A stretch of DNA of 64,000 nt from Nitrosopumilus sp. (GCA_965207445.1 CBDBLX010000002.1:1111849-1175848); one strand, 5' to 3'. Counted from the first letter of the stretch, positions 22,839 through 33,757 are shown. A program made the numbers and translations. Notes: generated from the letters alone by a model not told the origin.

Positions 22839-23051
22839 TTACATGTTCTCTGATATCTGTTTTGTACCATTATCGTCTTTTGTACCATTATCGTCTTTTG
22901 CACCATTACCATCTTCTGTAAGATAATAATGTAGTTCAGTATAACATTCTACACAGTACTCTTCATAGTTTGTATGATCACAATTATATGTCTTTTTTAC
23001 AGAGTTGTTGCACTTTGAGCATATGACCTTGGGAATATCCGGCATTAACAT
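22839..23051 (-). CDS. Small Cys/His-rich Zn-binding protein
   Basis: CSKC...CDHT...CVEC; probable start at MLMPD because upstream sequence is IS66 remnant; C-terminal 21-bp repeats (KDDNGT). Confidence 0.6.
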   Translation of the reverse strand: MLMPDIPKVICSKCNNSVKKTYNCDHTNYEEYCVECYTELHYYLTEDGNGAKDDNGTKDDNGTKQISENM

Positions 23052-23087
23052 TGTATGATGTGACAGGTACTTGATTAAGTATTTTTT

Positions 23088-23505
23088 GTAAATATTTTGC
23101 TTTTTAAAGTGACCAATAAAACGAAAAATCATGCGTAAACTCCCCGGCCACGTGAGTCTTGGCATTTAGTATGAACATGAACAAAATTGAGGATGATTAT
23201 GTACTGATGATTGCCTACTGATGATTCTGCGCATATTATTTTGTAAAAGTGACATCCTACTGTTTGTTGTCATTAATCTAAATAAGATGTATTGCATAAA
23301 GCATCAACAAAACTTCCACCATTGATCTTACTGGTTGTAATCAATGTGAACAGTATTAAATTAGCCCCCATGCCACGAACTACTCTGTTACCATTACCGT
23401 CATTTTTTATTAATGCAAATATCCGATTGGCTCACTCAACATCGCACCACTCAGATTTTTTTATATACATATAAAAGTGCCTACTTTAAAAAGCAAAATA
23501 GTTAC
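23088..23505 (-). mobile_element. Internally deleted IS66-family element (family A), both termini present
   Basis: GTAAATATTTTGCTTTTTAAAG ... CTTTAAAAAGCAAAATAGTTAC; internal sequence is a diverged homologue of the remnant at 781-1360. Confidence 0.7.
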
Positions 23506-23557
23506 AGAGATTTCGAGAAATCATTTGAAGTAAAAAAGACTTGACATAGTATTGTAA

Positions 23558-23968
23558 TCAATTCTTTGATCCTCGATATATGGTAAATGCACCCATTGCA
23601 ATATGTATTATACCTGCACCAAGCAACATTGCACTCTCCATCACTACCGGTCTACCTGTCTCTTGTGCTTCTTGCATGTCTGCATTCGCAAGCACAAATG
23701 CACCTCCTGCCATGATAAGTATTCCAGTTACAATGATCATGGCCCCTAATATTTTGGAGGGACTTTTCCACGTCATACCAAATGCAACAAATGGCAATAT
23801 TAGCGCAGGCGCACCTAGAGCCATTCCACGAATTTTAGCATCAAATGGCAAAAAACCTTGTTTTATGTCCGGATCGTTTGCTGCTTGAATTACTGCAACA
23901 TCAGCAGCATATATGAGTAATAGTACAATTGCAATACCTGTAAGTATGATTCCGATGCCTGTAAGCAT
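23558..23968 (-). CDS. Four-TM membrane protein
   Basis: Four hydrophobic segments in 136 aa. Confidence 0.75.
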   Translation of the reverse strand: MLTGIGIILTGIAIVLLLIYAADVAVIQAANDPDIKQGFLPFDAKIRGMALGAPALILPFVAFGMTWKSPSKILGAMIIVTGILIMAGGAFVLANADMQEAQETGRPVVMESAMLLGAGIIHIAMGAFTIYRGSKN

Positions 23969-24015
23969 GATTTGCGTTTAATTGAATTACTAATAAATTC
24001 TTGGTACTTGATTTT

Positions 24016-24157
24016 GTAACCGTTCAACCTCTTCTCAAATTTAGACACAGATTTACCACCTAACGTCTGCCCCTGCACGTTGTGTATTCATCGGTGTAAT
24101 TTAATATGATTATGCAGTAGAGATTCACCACCTAACGTCTGCCCCTGCACGTTGTGT
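24016..24157. mobile_element. Partial family B MITE/IS66 end with internal duplication
   Basis: GTAACCGTTCAACCTC end; CCACCTAACGTCTGCCCCTGCACGTTGTGT occurs twice (~24056 and ~24127). Confidence 0.65.
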
Positions 24158-24292
24158 CTCTTATGTGTCGGGGTGACATGATTTCCCGACTCCTCATCCT
24201 GAACATACGGGGATTATATACGAAAGTTAACTCGGTATGCATCATGCATACCCACTAAAACCACACACCACATGGTATCTTAATCGTACCCG

Positions 24293-27200
24293 TCAACCAA
24301 GCCGTGTCTGCACTTTACCGTCATCAGTCAGCTTTTGCTGGCCTAGTGCCTGTTGCACAATTTTGTTGTCAGGAGGTGGGTCCATACCCTCAAACTCCTT
24401 TGGTAGTCCGTCTATGATCCTGTCAGATTCGAGCCCAACATAGGCCAGTCGTTCTACCATTGCATGAAATTCCTTACCCGTCATGTGACGAAATGGTGCA
24501 CGGTCGATCCCTGCCTTTGATGCTTGTGGGGTGAATGTAAGCCATCCTATTGGTGTGCGTCCATTCACCTTGTACTTACAGATGGGTAGATTTTCAAACA
24601 CTGTGACTCCATCCACAATCAAGATCGTATGATCATTGACTGTTTTGGGGCCTGGGCCAGGATTGTCCTTGCGTCCAAATCTGATTGATCTGGGATTGTC
24701 AGGAATTGAGTTTGTAGGTTTGCCTAGTGGATGACGTTTGATAGTCTCATAATTCAGATGTAAGTCAGCTAACTGCCTACCTGCCTTACTAAATGCCCAA
24801 AAGTCAGGTGCCATTGGTAAGTTAGGCATTCCCTGTACCAGACTTGTTTGGTATTTTTTCCTATAACCTGTAGAATGTAACAATCCATATATGTAAAAGA
24901 AAATGTCTTGTTTGATAATTTTTTTGTCATTGTAAACTATTCTATAATGATCCAATGCCCAATCAGTAATATTGTCTCGCATTAAGTCATTATTCTTATT
25001 GGAAACACTTGTTTGTTTTTTATCTGCTGGTGTATAATAAAGTGGGAAGTATTGCCCATTCATAACCACATGTAAGTCTGGAGTTTTATCACACACAAAC
25101 GTGGAAAATTTGGATTTTATTTTATCAGGAACTATTATGGCCATATTTCTTGTATCTGCATTGGGATAAAATCTAAGTGTGCGTCTTTTTCTATCGATAA
25201 ATGTAGGATCAAAATACAGAAATTGTTTGATAAATGGTTTGAACATTGCTAATCTGACAAACTTTCTTTCAAATTTTATGGGCAGCGTGGATTTCTTCAA
25301 GGCGTTTTCAAGATCCGGAGTCCATGCTATCTTTTGTACGTCTTTATTAAAATTGTGTAAATTTTGAATGTTGCAATGTTTAATTGATACACGTATATTT
25401 TGTTCTAATTCTTTGTCAGAAGAGTTGTATACCCAATCATCACGACTTGTTACAATACCTTTGGAGGATTCTTGAAAAACCGATTTAATTACTCTCGCTT
25501 GCTTTAGCTCTGTAAACCCCATTCGTATGTATTGTTCAAATTGCTCTCCTTCTTTACCTAATTGATTTAACCAATTGTTATCTTTATCGGGTTTTATACT
25601 TCTAAATTTAATATTTTGAATGGATTGTGATTTTTCAACATGTGTTCGTTTTTGTTCTCCACTATATTCTTTTTCTGTTAAAGATGCATAATGTACACAA
25701 TTGTTATGTTTGTTGAGATTTTTAACAAGTACGGTTATTGCCACTCCGACTGTTGTTCCACCCTCACTATCTCCAGGATATTCAAAAATACTTCTACCAT
25801 GTCCGGGCATACCTTTTTGACTTAAAAGATCAAATACCCATATGTCTGTAAATTCTTCATTTAAACATGCGCGAATGCCTGCCTCGGATTTACCAGTTAC
25901 ATACGCAGATGGTGTGATCACTCCAATAACACCAGAGTCACCTATACGATCTGATGCCCACCTCAATGCCTTGATGTATGAATTATACAACCATTTTGTA
26001 TTTCTAGTTGGTGCATTTTTGACATATGTCTGTTTGATAAGGTATTCTAAATCTGGATGTGATGTATTCTGACTATTATCACTTGATATTTTTTGACCAC
26101 CTGAATAAGGAGGATTGCCAATTATAACATTAATGGCGTCCATACCTTGTTGTCTTGTTCTGGATTGAGCTTCTTTTAGATGGGTGTCTGTAAGCTGAAG
26201 TTGCTTCTCCCTATGTCTCTTTTCTAGTCTGTATGATGGGTGCTGATCAAAAGTATCCATGTATGAAATTCCGTCAAAGGGAACGTACTTCCCCATCTTA
26301 TCTTTGGAACCTTTCATTTTTTGGTATGATGTCTCGATGTTTGCCATTGCCACATAGTATGCAGGCAACATTATCTCATTTGCATAAATGTCATTTTTGT
26401 ATTTTGTATACAGATTGTCTTGAGATATCATACCAGACTCCAACAGTCGAGTTATGAACGTACCTGTTCCAGTGAAAGGGTCCAGAATTTTGACACATCT
26501 ATCATCAAAAGACTTGCCAAACTCTGTTTGTAACACGTGCTGTACGGAATTTATTATAAAATCCACAATCTCAATTGGAGTGTATACTATGCCATGTTTG
26601 ACCGATGCCTTTTTGTCCGCGCCTCTAAAAAATGAATCATATATTATGCGTATGAACTCTTGTTTTTGTTCTGGCGTTTCAAATTGCTCTATATCATAGG
26701 CAATTGCTTGATAATAGTTTTCCAAACTTTTCAACTGGTGGCGTATGTATATTTTGTCTAATACTTTGTTAAAGGCACTTGCGACAGGGTTCTCATATCC
26801 TGGGAACAATGCTACAAACACTCGGTTCATTACTGCATGTTGTGCCAATGCCTTGACGGTCTCTATGAGTGTTATTGTGGAACCTACGACTGACTGCAGG
26901 TTTTTGTGAAGATCGCCTATAATCTTGGCTGTCTTTGGTTGTATCTTTATCTGTTGTTTTAGTATTTCCTCTATTATTACGGATTGCTCGCCCAACTCCG
27001 CACCTACTTTTTTGTAACGTCCACTGTCACCAAGCTCAAGCAGTATGATCTTTATTTCCTCGAGTAATTCATCATCTATATCACCCACAATTGTCTGCTC
27101 AAGCCACTCTTGGAGCTGTGGTGTTATCTCTTGAACATCCGCAGGTTTGCGCTTTTTGCTTGAAGATGAGTGTGAGAGCATCTGGTTGTTTAGTATGGCC

Positions 27201-29224
27201 CGAAGTTTATCGTCATGTGCAAGTATTGCTTGTATTATTCCATTTACTTGCTCATATTTCTTGTTTCTATCTAGAACTCTCTTGGGATTGTCTCCCTCTA
27301 GAACAGGTATCGGTATTATCACATATCCGATACTTTTCCCATTCCCTTTGCGCATCACACGACCGATGCTTTGTATGATATCAATGGGTGATTTTTTGGG
27401 GTCCATGAATGCTACTGCGTCCAATGCAGGCACGTCAACTCCCTCCTGTAAGCAACGCGCATTTGAGAGTATTCTGATTTCTGTGGGTTTTGTATCTGAT
27501 TTTCTCAGCCAGTCTATGCGTTCACCGCGGTTGCGCGAATTTGTAGTTCCATCCACGTGCCTTGTGTGTGTTACATATCCTGCAAGTTTTGAGTCAGTGG
27601 CAAGTAGCCTTTTTGATAAGTTGTCAAAACTCAACCCCATTCTCGTGGTCTTGTCAACCTTGAGTGGTTTTTTATCCACATCTTGGTTAAGTCCATGGGC
27701 TGCAAACATTTTTGACTTTTTGATTTGATTGTGAAAGACCATTACCCGCTGAAGTGGTTTTGGCGGTGCGTCTGGAGAGTCATCTGGATATGTGATAGCC
27801 TTTAGAATCCCGCCTAATTTTGCCATATAGTCTAGATCAAGATCACCATAATCTTTGTCATCTTTGTCTCTAGTATCCTGTCCGGATTCTATAAATTTTC
27901 CATACATATCACCTTTGTCTACTTTACGCATTATGATCTTATATCTTGATAACAACTTACGATCTACCGCATCTGAAAAATCCAGTCTGTAGAATTCATT
28001 ACCATAAGTTGACGTAGAATCCATGGAATATACTTTTAATTCGGACTCAACACGCCTACCATTTTTCATCTTCTTTGCGGTTGGTTTTCTTTTGTATACT
28101 CTGGGAGTTGCCGTCATATACAATCGTTTTTTGGCAGGCACGCCATCTTTGCCAGAAACAGGATTGTTATGTGCGAGTTGATAGTACGACTCTGTTATCT
28201 TTTCAACACCTGTTGTCTTGTGAGCCTCATCAAATAGTATGAGATCAAACATGGCGTTTTTGTCATGTTTTAGGAGTGCTTCTGAGGCCACTGCGACAGA
28301 GTTGTATGTGGAGAACACCACCGACATTGTATTTTTTCTATCTAGGCGAGCATACTCTTTTTGCAGATCCTTGATGTTTGTGGATGGTGTGATTGGAATT
28401 TCGGTAATTGATCCCTCCTCGTCATTACCAGCTGTCTTGTCAGAGCACACTGCAATGTATCTGTGCGGCATGGACCGGTTCTCTGCCCATTCGCGCATAG
28501 CCTGAGGTATCAAGGATATTGATGGAACTAAATACAATACAAGTCCACCGCGCCCCGCAGTTTTCTCTGCAATGTGCAGTGATGTAAGTGTCTTTCCAGT
28601 ACCACATGCCATTATAAGCTGCCCTCTGTCAGCATCCTTGAATTTGGTTACGGTCTTTGATACTGCCTCAGCTTGGTGCGGTTTTAATGACAATGGTTCG
28701 TGTCTTTGTTTTTTTACAGCCGTATTCCAATTAAATTTATACCGGCTCAAGTCCGATCGCATTATCACTTGGACGCCACTCTCTTCACATCGTGTTTGAG
28801 CGTGCTCTGTGAGTGATTCTCCCGTAAACACCACAATTAACTTGTCAATTTTTTTGGCTTTTGCAGTGACAAACATCGTACCAAGTTTTTGCATACTTAA
28901 TGTCTGATTGTCTCCCCAGCATTTGCATTGTATGCCGACTAATTCGCCATCTCTATCTTTTGCAACTATGTCTATTCCTGTATCTGTTTCCTGATACATG
29001 TCATGCCAGCGCTTTATCTCTGTTAACCATGACTCTGAACCATCCGGTTCATAATACTTAAAAAATTCAACCATGGCCTTTTCAAAATCAAATCCAAGTT
29101 TTGTCGACTTGAAGTCATAATCATCCCCTTCTTTGCTCCATCCTGCATCAAGACGAATCTTAACAAGAAATTGATCCAAAGTCATCCAATCTGCAGATTG
29201 TGTCTTAGAGGCAGAGGTGGCCAA
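24293..29224 (-). CDS. Type ISP (single-polypeptide) restriction-modification enzyme, LlaGI/LlaBIII-like
   Basis: Mrr-like nuclease (GIDIVA...IQCK), SF2 helicase (MACGTGKT, DEAH, MTATPR, QSIGRVMR), N6-MTase (ILDPFTGTG, IGNPPY), C-terminal target-recognition region. Confidence 0.93.
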   Translation of the reverse strand: MATSASKTQSADWMTLDQFLVKIRLDAGWSKEGDDYDFKSTKLGFDFEKAMVEFFKYYEPDGSESWLTEIKRWHDMYQETDTGIDIVAKDRDGELVGIQCKCWGDNQTLSMQKLGTMFVTAKAKKIDKLIVVFTGESLTEHAQTRCEESGVQVIMRSDLSRYKFNWNTAVKKQRHEPLSLKPHQAEAVSKTVTKFKDADRGQLIMACGTGKTLTSLHIAEKTAGRGGLVLYLVPSISLIPQAMREWAENRSMPHRYIAVCSDKTAGNDEEGSITEIPITPSTNIKDLQKEYARLDRKNTMSVVFSTYNSVAVASEALLKHDKNAMFDLILFDEAHKTTGVEKITESYYQLAHNNPVSGKDGVPAKKRLYMTATPRVYKRKPTAKKMKNGRRVESELKVYSMDSTSTYGNEFYRLDFSDAVDRKLLSRYKIIMRKVDKGDMYGKFIESGQDTRDKDDKDYGDLDLDYMAKLGGILKAITYPDDSPDAPPKPLQRVMVFHNQIKKSKMFAAHGLNQDVDKKPLKVDKTTRMGLSFDNLSKRLLATDSKLAGYVTHTRHVDGTTNSRNRGERIDWLRKSDTKPTEIRILSNARCLQEGVDVPALDAVAFMDPKKSPIDIIQSIGRVMRKGNGKSIGYVIIPIPVLEGDNPKRVLDRNKKYEQVNGIIQAILAHDDKLRAILNNQMLSHSSSSKKRKPADVQEITPQLQEWLEQTIVGDIDDELLEEIKIILLELGDSGRYKKVGAELGEQSVIIEEILKQQIKIQPKTAKIIGDLHKNLQSVVGSTITLIETVKALAQHAVMNRVFVALFPGYENPVASAFNKVLDKIYIRHQLKSLENYYQAIAYDIEQFETPEQKQEFIRIIYDSFFRGADKKASVKHGIVYTPIEIVDFIINSVQHVLQTEFGKSFDDRCVKILDPFTGTGTFITRLLESGMISQDNLYTKYKNDIYANEIMLPAYYVAMANIETSYQKMKGSKDKMGKYVPFDGISYMDTFDQHPSYRLEKRHREKQLQLTDTHLKEAQSRTRQQGMDAINVIIGNPPYSGGQKISSDNSQNTSHPDLEYLIKQTYVKNAPTRNTKWLYNSYIKALRWASDRIGDSGVIGVITPSAYVTGKSEAGIRACLNEEFTDIWVFDLLSQKGMPGHGRSIFEYPGDSEGGTTVGVAITVLVKNLNKHNNCVHYASLTEKEYSGEQKRTHVEKSQSIQNIKFRSIKPDKDNNWLNQLGKEGEQFEQYIRMGFTELKQARVIKSVFQESSKGIVTSRDDWVYNSSDKELEQNIRVSIKHCNIQNLHNFNKDVQKIAWTPDLENALKKSTLPIKFERKFVRLAMFKPFIKQFLYFDPTFIDRKRRTLRFYPNADTRNMAIIVPDKIKSKFSTFVCDKTPDLHVVMNGQYFPLYYTPADKKQTSVSNKNNDLMRDNITDWALDHYRIVYNDKKIIKQDIFFYIYGLLHSTGYRKKYQTSLVQGMPNLPMAPDFWAFSKAGRQLADLHLNYETIKRHPLGKPTNSIPDNPRSIRFGRKDNPGPGPKTVNDHTILIVDGVTVFENLPICKYKVNGRTPIGWLTFTPQASKAGIDRAPFRHMTGKEFHAMVERLAYVGLESDRIIDGLPKEFEGMDPPPDNKIVQQALGQQKLTDDGKVQTRLG

Positions 29225-29526
29225 TCATACATGACCTCCAGTGTGGAAGTCTTGATAATCGCCATGTGCACAACAATTACATGTTGTGCTCAACGACGTT
29301 TCTGTTGTTGAATATGCGCGTCGCCCACTAATGGTCCATGCCGTGAGGCATTGTCCATGCCGTGAGGCATTGTATAAGCAGATATGTGCATATTAGATGC
29401 TATTATACTTTGATCAGTTAGTAAGATCAGTACTCGTTGCCAACTGTTTGGTTGTAAAACCATCTGAATCATGCTCATTACAATTTCTTTATTCAGACCT
29501 TAGTTAAATCTTTGAGAGTTCAAATC

Positions 29527-30461
29527 TTAAACACTTACAACATTACACCTTTTACAATCAAGTCCTGATACCTCAACCTACTTCCAATCATTCACTCGGC
29601 CATTGTACCCACCATATCTATGGTATCCGTGGGTTTAATGTTGTGTCTTCCTACGAACTAGTTTACGTATCTGTAAAGGTGATTCTCAGAAATATGATTA
29701 TATATGCCGTCATAGCCGCGCTTCATCATGAACCAGAAATATTCCATACTGTTTGTGTGTGTATGCCACTTACGTATTCTCCTAGAGTGGTTCGCAGATT
29801 CATGATTCTTCAGGTCGTTATATGAGGGGTTTTCATCCGTATACTTTTTGGCATCATCTATTTTCAACAAAATCCTCAAATCTTACTTTAGTAATCTCGG
29901 GTGCAGGTTTTGCAGTCACTTTATTCATTATTCTGTCTTTAGCGTCCGCTACAGCCGGGTATGTTTTTTGGTACTTTTCTTATCTGCATGATGGTTCTTG
30001 TCGGAACTTCCAAAGAAAGCCTCGTCAATCTCTATTGGGCCGTCCATCTTATCAACTCCTGCAAGTTGCTTCCATGACTCTCTAAGACGTCCAAGCATAA
30101 ACCATGCAGATTTCTGAGTCATCCCCAAGTCCCTATGAATCTTCATTGATGAGACTCCCTTCAAGCTGGTTGCAACCAAGTACGTACCAATGGCCCATTT
30201 TTGATAACTGATCTTGGATGCTTCCATTACGGTACCCTTTTTGACAGAGAAAAATGACCTACACTTGTAACAATAGTAGGGCATTGACTTGTGTCTTGCT
30301 AAAGTTGTATCTGGGTTTTTGCATGTGGGGCACTGTCTGCCGTCCTTCCATATTCTGTCTTCGAACCACCTCATTGCAGTTTGATCATCGGGAAATATTC
30401 TAAACAGTTCTGTGAGTGTTATGTCTTCTCTGAAGTGCTTGCCGGGTGCCTGTTGGCTCAT
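29527..30461 (-). pseudogene. IS1595-family (ISXO2-like) transposase, frameshifted with internal stops
   Basis: Zn ribbon CPTC...CYKC, GMTQKSAWFM, IEIDEAFFG, HTNSMEYFW, HLYRYVN*FVGRHN...RLRYQDL. Confidence 0.9.
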
Positions 30462-30562
30462 ACTATAGTATAGCCGCAGAGTCTTATAAAGTTAACTTTT
30501 GTATATAATCATGAACATACGTACGAAATACTAATATAGATTAATTATTTCATGATTGTAGA

Positions 30563-32602
30563 TTGAAACACACATTCGCTTATGTTTTTACAGTTTTTGT
30601 TCTACTATCTCTTAGCACATCAAATATGGTGTTTGCTGATGATGGTTCATCTCACATGTCACCTGCAAAACAAATTGAGATGGGTGTTGAACCTGAGAAT
30701 GTAAAGTGTAATGATGATCGTGTGTTGATGATTAGAACTAGTGGAAATCCGATCTGTGTAAACCCGTCTTCTGTGAATGTATTTACTGAACGTGGTATTG
30801 CAATTGTAGTGGAGATGACTAGTGAAGATGAGATGACTGATACAATGACTAGTGAAGATGAGATGACTGATACAATGACTAGTGAAGATGAGATGACTGA
30901 TACAATGACTAGTGAAGATGAGATGACTGATACAATGACTAGTGAAGATGAGATGACTGATACAATGACTAGTGAAGATGAGATGACTGATACAATGACT
31001 AGTGAAGATGAGATGACTGATACAATGACGAGTTCACAAATGTCAAATCGTATTGTATCAATGACAATGTTCAGTGATCGATTTGATAAAATGATTGAAA
31101 GTGCAAATTCGTCTACTAGTGATATAATCTCTCAATATGAGGAGGATGGTGATGGTGTATTTCAAACCATAACTAGTGGGGCAATGACACATCAATCTGG
31201 ACAAGTATACTCGTTTGTAGTTAATGCCGAAACCATGGAGATCGTATCACATGGAACGATGCCTGAAATGGTAGGCCAAACTGCCATGTTTGATGGTGAC
31301 AAAAAGACTTCTGATGAAATAATGTCAGAGTTGGATTCTGAAGGTAGCACATGGTTAATGTACACTAAGACTGATTCAAACAAAGGCAACATGACTAAAA
31401 AAGCATATCTTGCTTTGCATGATGGATATATTTTTGGCAGTGCATTTTATCTCGATGAATTAGAAAGCAATATGCTCAAAGCAAAGTGGACTGCAACTGT
31501 TGCTGCTGAATTGTATGAAGAAAAAGGTATGGATGCATTTGATGAGATCAACAGTGCTGCTGCTGATTTCATGCCTGGTGAACGATATGCATTTGCATCT
31601 GACATTCATACTACTTTACTTGTTGCACATGGCGCATCTGCTGATCGCGTTGGTGACAGGTCTGCGATTTTACATGATGCCAACAAGTCACTTGAACAAA
31701 TATTACTAGAAACCCAACAAAATTCTGGCACATGGGTCATATACTCTTTCTTTAATCCAGAAACCAACACAGATCAGTTCAAACTTTCTTGGTTAACACT
31801 CAGAGATGATTATATCTTTGGATCTGGATTTTATCCAAATGAATATCTATCAAATAAGATCAATGCAATGATGTCCGTTGATAATGCACTTGCCATATAT
31901 TCTGAAAGTGGACAAGATGCATTTGCACAGATTACTGCATTGAATGTTACAGAAGATTGGTATCCATTTGTATTAAATATGGATGCAGTTGAGATCGCCG
32001 ATGGTTCTATACTTGATCGTTCAATGGATGTTGTATGGGCGCCATATGAATTAAACGCCGCCCTTGTTGATGTAAGAGAAACATTAGAGTCTGGACAAGG
32101 CGCATTCATATCTTATGTCTTTTTGAATCCTTCTACTGGTGAACAACAAGCAAAAAAGACATGGATAGTAATGCATGATGAATACTTGTTTGGGGCAGGA
32201 TTTTATCTGAGCGGTGAGTGGGCAAGTAAGACATCTGTGGTATGGTCTGTAAACAAGGCAATTGAAATGTACAAGCTCGATGGAGTAGACCAAACATTTG
32301 AGTGGATAACTGCAATGGAATCTACTAGTGAATCATATCCATTTGTACTTGATGATGACTTTGTGATTTTAGCACACGGTTCTAACGCTGACCTAGTAGG
32401 TGAAAATAGCAACGATCTAGTCACGTATGACAAGACACCAGAACAGATACACGAAGAGCTAGATCAAATGTCACAGACATGGGTAATGTATGAATTTATG
32501 AATCCTGCAACTGGTGAAGTGCAGCCAAAGATATCATTGCTGAAACTTTATGATGGATATATATTCGTGGCAGGGTACTATACTGACTCTGTAGATGAAT
32601 AA
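30563..32602 (+). CDS. Exported protein with four tandem Cache (sCache_2-like) sensor domains
   Basis: Signal peptide; thaumarchaeal SPxKQ..G..P..V.C N-terminal motif; four repeats of Y.FV...AHG...W..Y.F.NP...K......Y.FG.G.Y. Confidence 0.8.
   Translation: MKHTFAYVFTVFVLLSLSTSNMVFADDGSSHMSPAKQIEMGVEPENVKCNDDRVLMIRTSGNPICVNPSSVNVFTERGIAIVVEMTSEDEMTDTMTSEDEMTDTMTSEDEMTDTMTSEDEMTDTMTSEDEMTDTMTSEDEMTDTMTSEDEMTDTMTSSQMSNRIVSMTMFSDRFDKMIESANSSTSDIISQYEEDGDGVFQTITSGAMTHQSGQVYSFVVNAETMEIVSHGTMPEMVGQTAMFDGDKKTSDEIMSELDSEGSTWLMYTKTDSNKGNMTKKAYLALHDGYIFGSAFYLDELESNMLKAKWTATVAAELYEEKGMDAFDEINSAAADFMPGERYAFASDIHTTLLVAHGASADRVGDRSAILHDANKSLEQILLETQQNSGTWVIYSFFNPETNTDQFKLSWLTLRDDYIFGSGFYPNEYLSNKINAMMSVDNALAIYSESGQDAFAQITALNVTEDWYPFVLNMDAVEIADGSILDRSMDVVWAPYELNAALVDVRETLESGQGAFISYVFLNPSTGEQQAKKTWIVMHDEYLFGAGFYLSGEWASKTSVVWSVNKAIEMYKLDGVDQTFEWITAMESTSESYPFVLDDDFVILAHGSNADLVGENSNDLVTYDKTPEQIHEELDQMSQTWVMYEFMNPATGEVQPKISLLKLYDGYIFVAGYYTDSVDE
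30815..31029 (+). repeat. 7 x 30-bp perfect tandem repeat (MTSEDEMTDT)
   Basis: Unit ATGACTAGTGAAGATGAGATGACTGATACA. Confidence 0.97.
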
Positions 32603-32607
32603 AATAA

Positions 32608-32898
32608 TTACTCAAACCCTACTTCATCAAGTATAGATCTGTCAACTTTTGTTGGACATCCTGACATGGGACCACTGGTATTTTCTTTCTCTGCGACTCT
32701 CTTTCTAATCGCCCACGAGCATTCCATAAGCACCATGTCACTTGCACACACATGAAATGCCCCTCGCCTCAATTCCCTGAATCTGCCCTCCACAAGTTTA
32801 AGATCGCCCTGAGAAGCGTTGCAAAGGAACATGGCGACCCACATACCGGTGTCAAAGTGTGCCTTCTCACTAGCTGAGACGATCCCGTAAGTTATCAA
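32608..32898 (-). pseudogene. PIN-domain (VapC-like) protein, probably C-terminally truncated
   Basis: HFDTGMWVAMFL...VCASDMVLMEC..IRK matches a PIN N-terminal pattern; later acidic motifs absent. Confidence 0.55.
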
Positions 32899-33256
32899 GT
32901 GTTTCTAACACATACTTGTTTGTGACGTTGTCAGAGAAGATGCGTGATAACTCCATCGGATCCCAGTCATCAATCGTGTCTTGCGCCCGTTCGTTGTCGA
33001 AAAAAAACCTGATGGGTCTGTCTACATTCTTATTTGTGTTCAGTATGATCTTGGCCGGAGATGAGCTTTCAAAGATTTTCTGATCTTCGTACTGCCTCGC
33101 CCTGTCCATATACAAGGTGAAATCTGCCCAGATTTCTTCAGGATCCGTTTGTATTAACTCTGGAGATATTCTTCTATTTTTCACCACATGTACTCCAAAA
33201 TTCGTATGTAGCATCTGGGTGCTACCAAACAATGTTTGTTCTCTTTCTACAGTCAT
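32870..33256 (-). CDS. Hypothetical protein
   Basis: 128-aa ORF overlapping both neighbours (operon-like). Confidence 0.55.
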   Translation of the reverse strand: MTVEREQTLFGSTQMLHTNFGVHVVKNRRISPELIQTDPEEIWADFTLYMDRARQYEDQKIFESSSPAKIILNTNKNVDRPIRFFFDNERAQDTIDDWDPMELSRIFSDNVTNKYVLETLDNLRDRLS

Positions 33257-33696
33257 AGTGTTATCTCCTCTGCGATAATGGGAGCTACGTATAGTCCTAT
33301 AACATCTCGAATCTCAGTTATCCTTTCATGCGCATTAAGCAGATCGATCTTAGACAACGTATTGGGAAGGTATATCCTCAGCGTAAAACCAAAGAGATGA
33401 TCCTTTTTTGACGCAACTATGTTGTGCCTAATATCCAGGGCAAGTAACTTTTCTCTTAACTTACAGGAAACGTTCACCCTAGATGTGTTGTTCATATCAA
33501 AGAACGATTTGGTTATCTTGTCGTTGAACGTGGGCGTCAACTGTAATTCTATAACATCATCATTCTTGTGCCAAAAAACTATGACGGTACTATTCTTTAT
33601 AACCACGCCATATTCGTAACTGGGTGGAAGATCTTCTAGAACTTCATACTTATAGCCTAGCTGATTTAACCATTCAAGCATTATCGTACGATGCAA
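33253..33696 (-). CDS. Hypothetical protein (DUF2299-like)
   Basis: EWLNQLGYK N-terminus and overall size resemble archaeal DUF2299 proteins. Confidence 0.5.
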   Translation of the reverse strand: MHRTIMLEWLNQLGYKYEVLEDLPPSYEYGVVIKNSTVIVFWHKNDDVIELQLTPTFNDKITKSFFDMNNTSRVNVSCKLREKLLALDIRHNIVASKKDHLFGFTLRIYLPNTLSKIDLLNAHERITEIRDVIGLYVAPIIAEEITL

Positions 33697-33757
33697 TAGG
33701 TGATTAGTATACCCTATCGTATAAAATTTTACTGAATGTTGTTGTTCTTGCTTACCC

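Larger units (their letters stand above)
24208..30511 (-). mobile_element. IS1595-family transporter element carrying a Type ISP R-M gene
   Basis: Left end CGGGGATTATATACGAAAGTTAAC (24208), right end GTTAACTTTTGTATATAATC (30491-30510), flanking direct repeat TGAACATA (24200-24207 and 30512-30519). Confidence 0.82.

Noticed and set aside
29290..29478. 62-aa ORF inside the IS1595 element as a second passenger gene or peptide precursor
   Set aside because: No recognisable motif; contains a short local duplication (CCATGCCGTGAGGCATTGT); cannot be supported
30815..31029. 30-bp repeat as a CRISPR array
   Set aside because: Spacer-less coding tandem repeat
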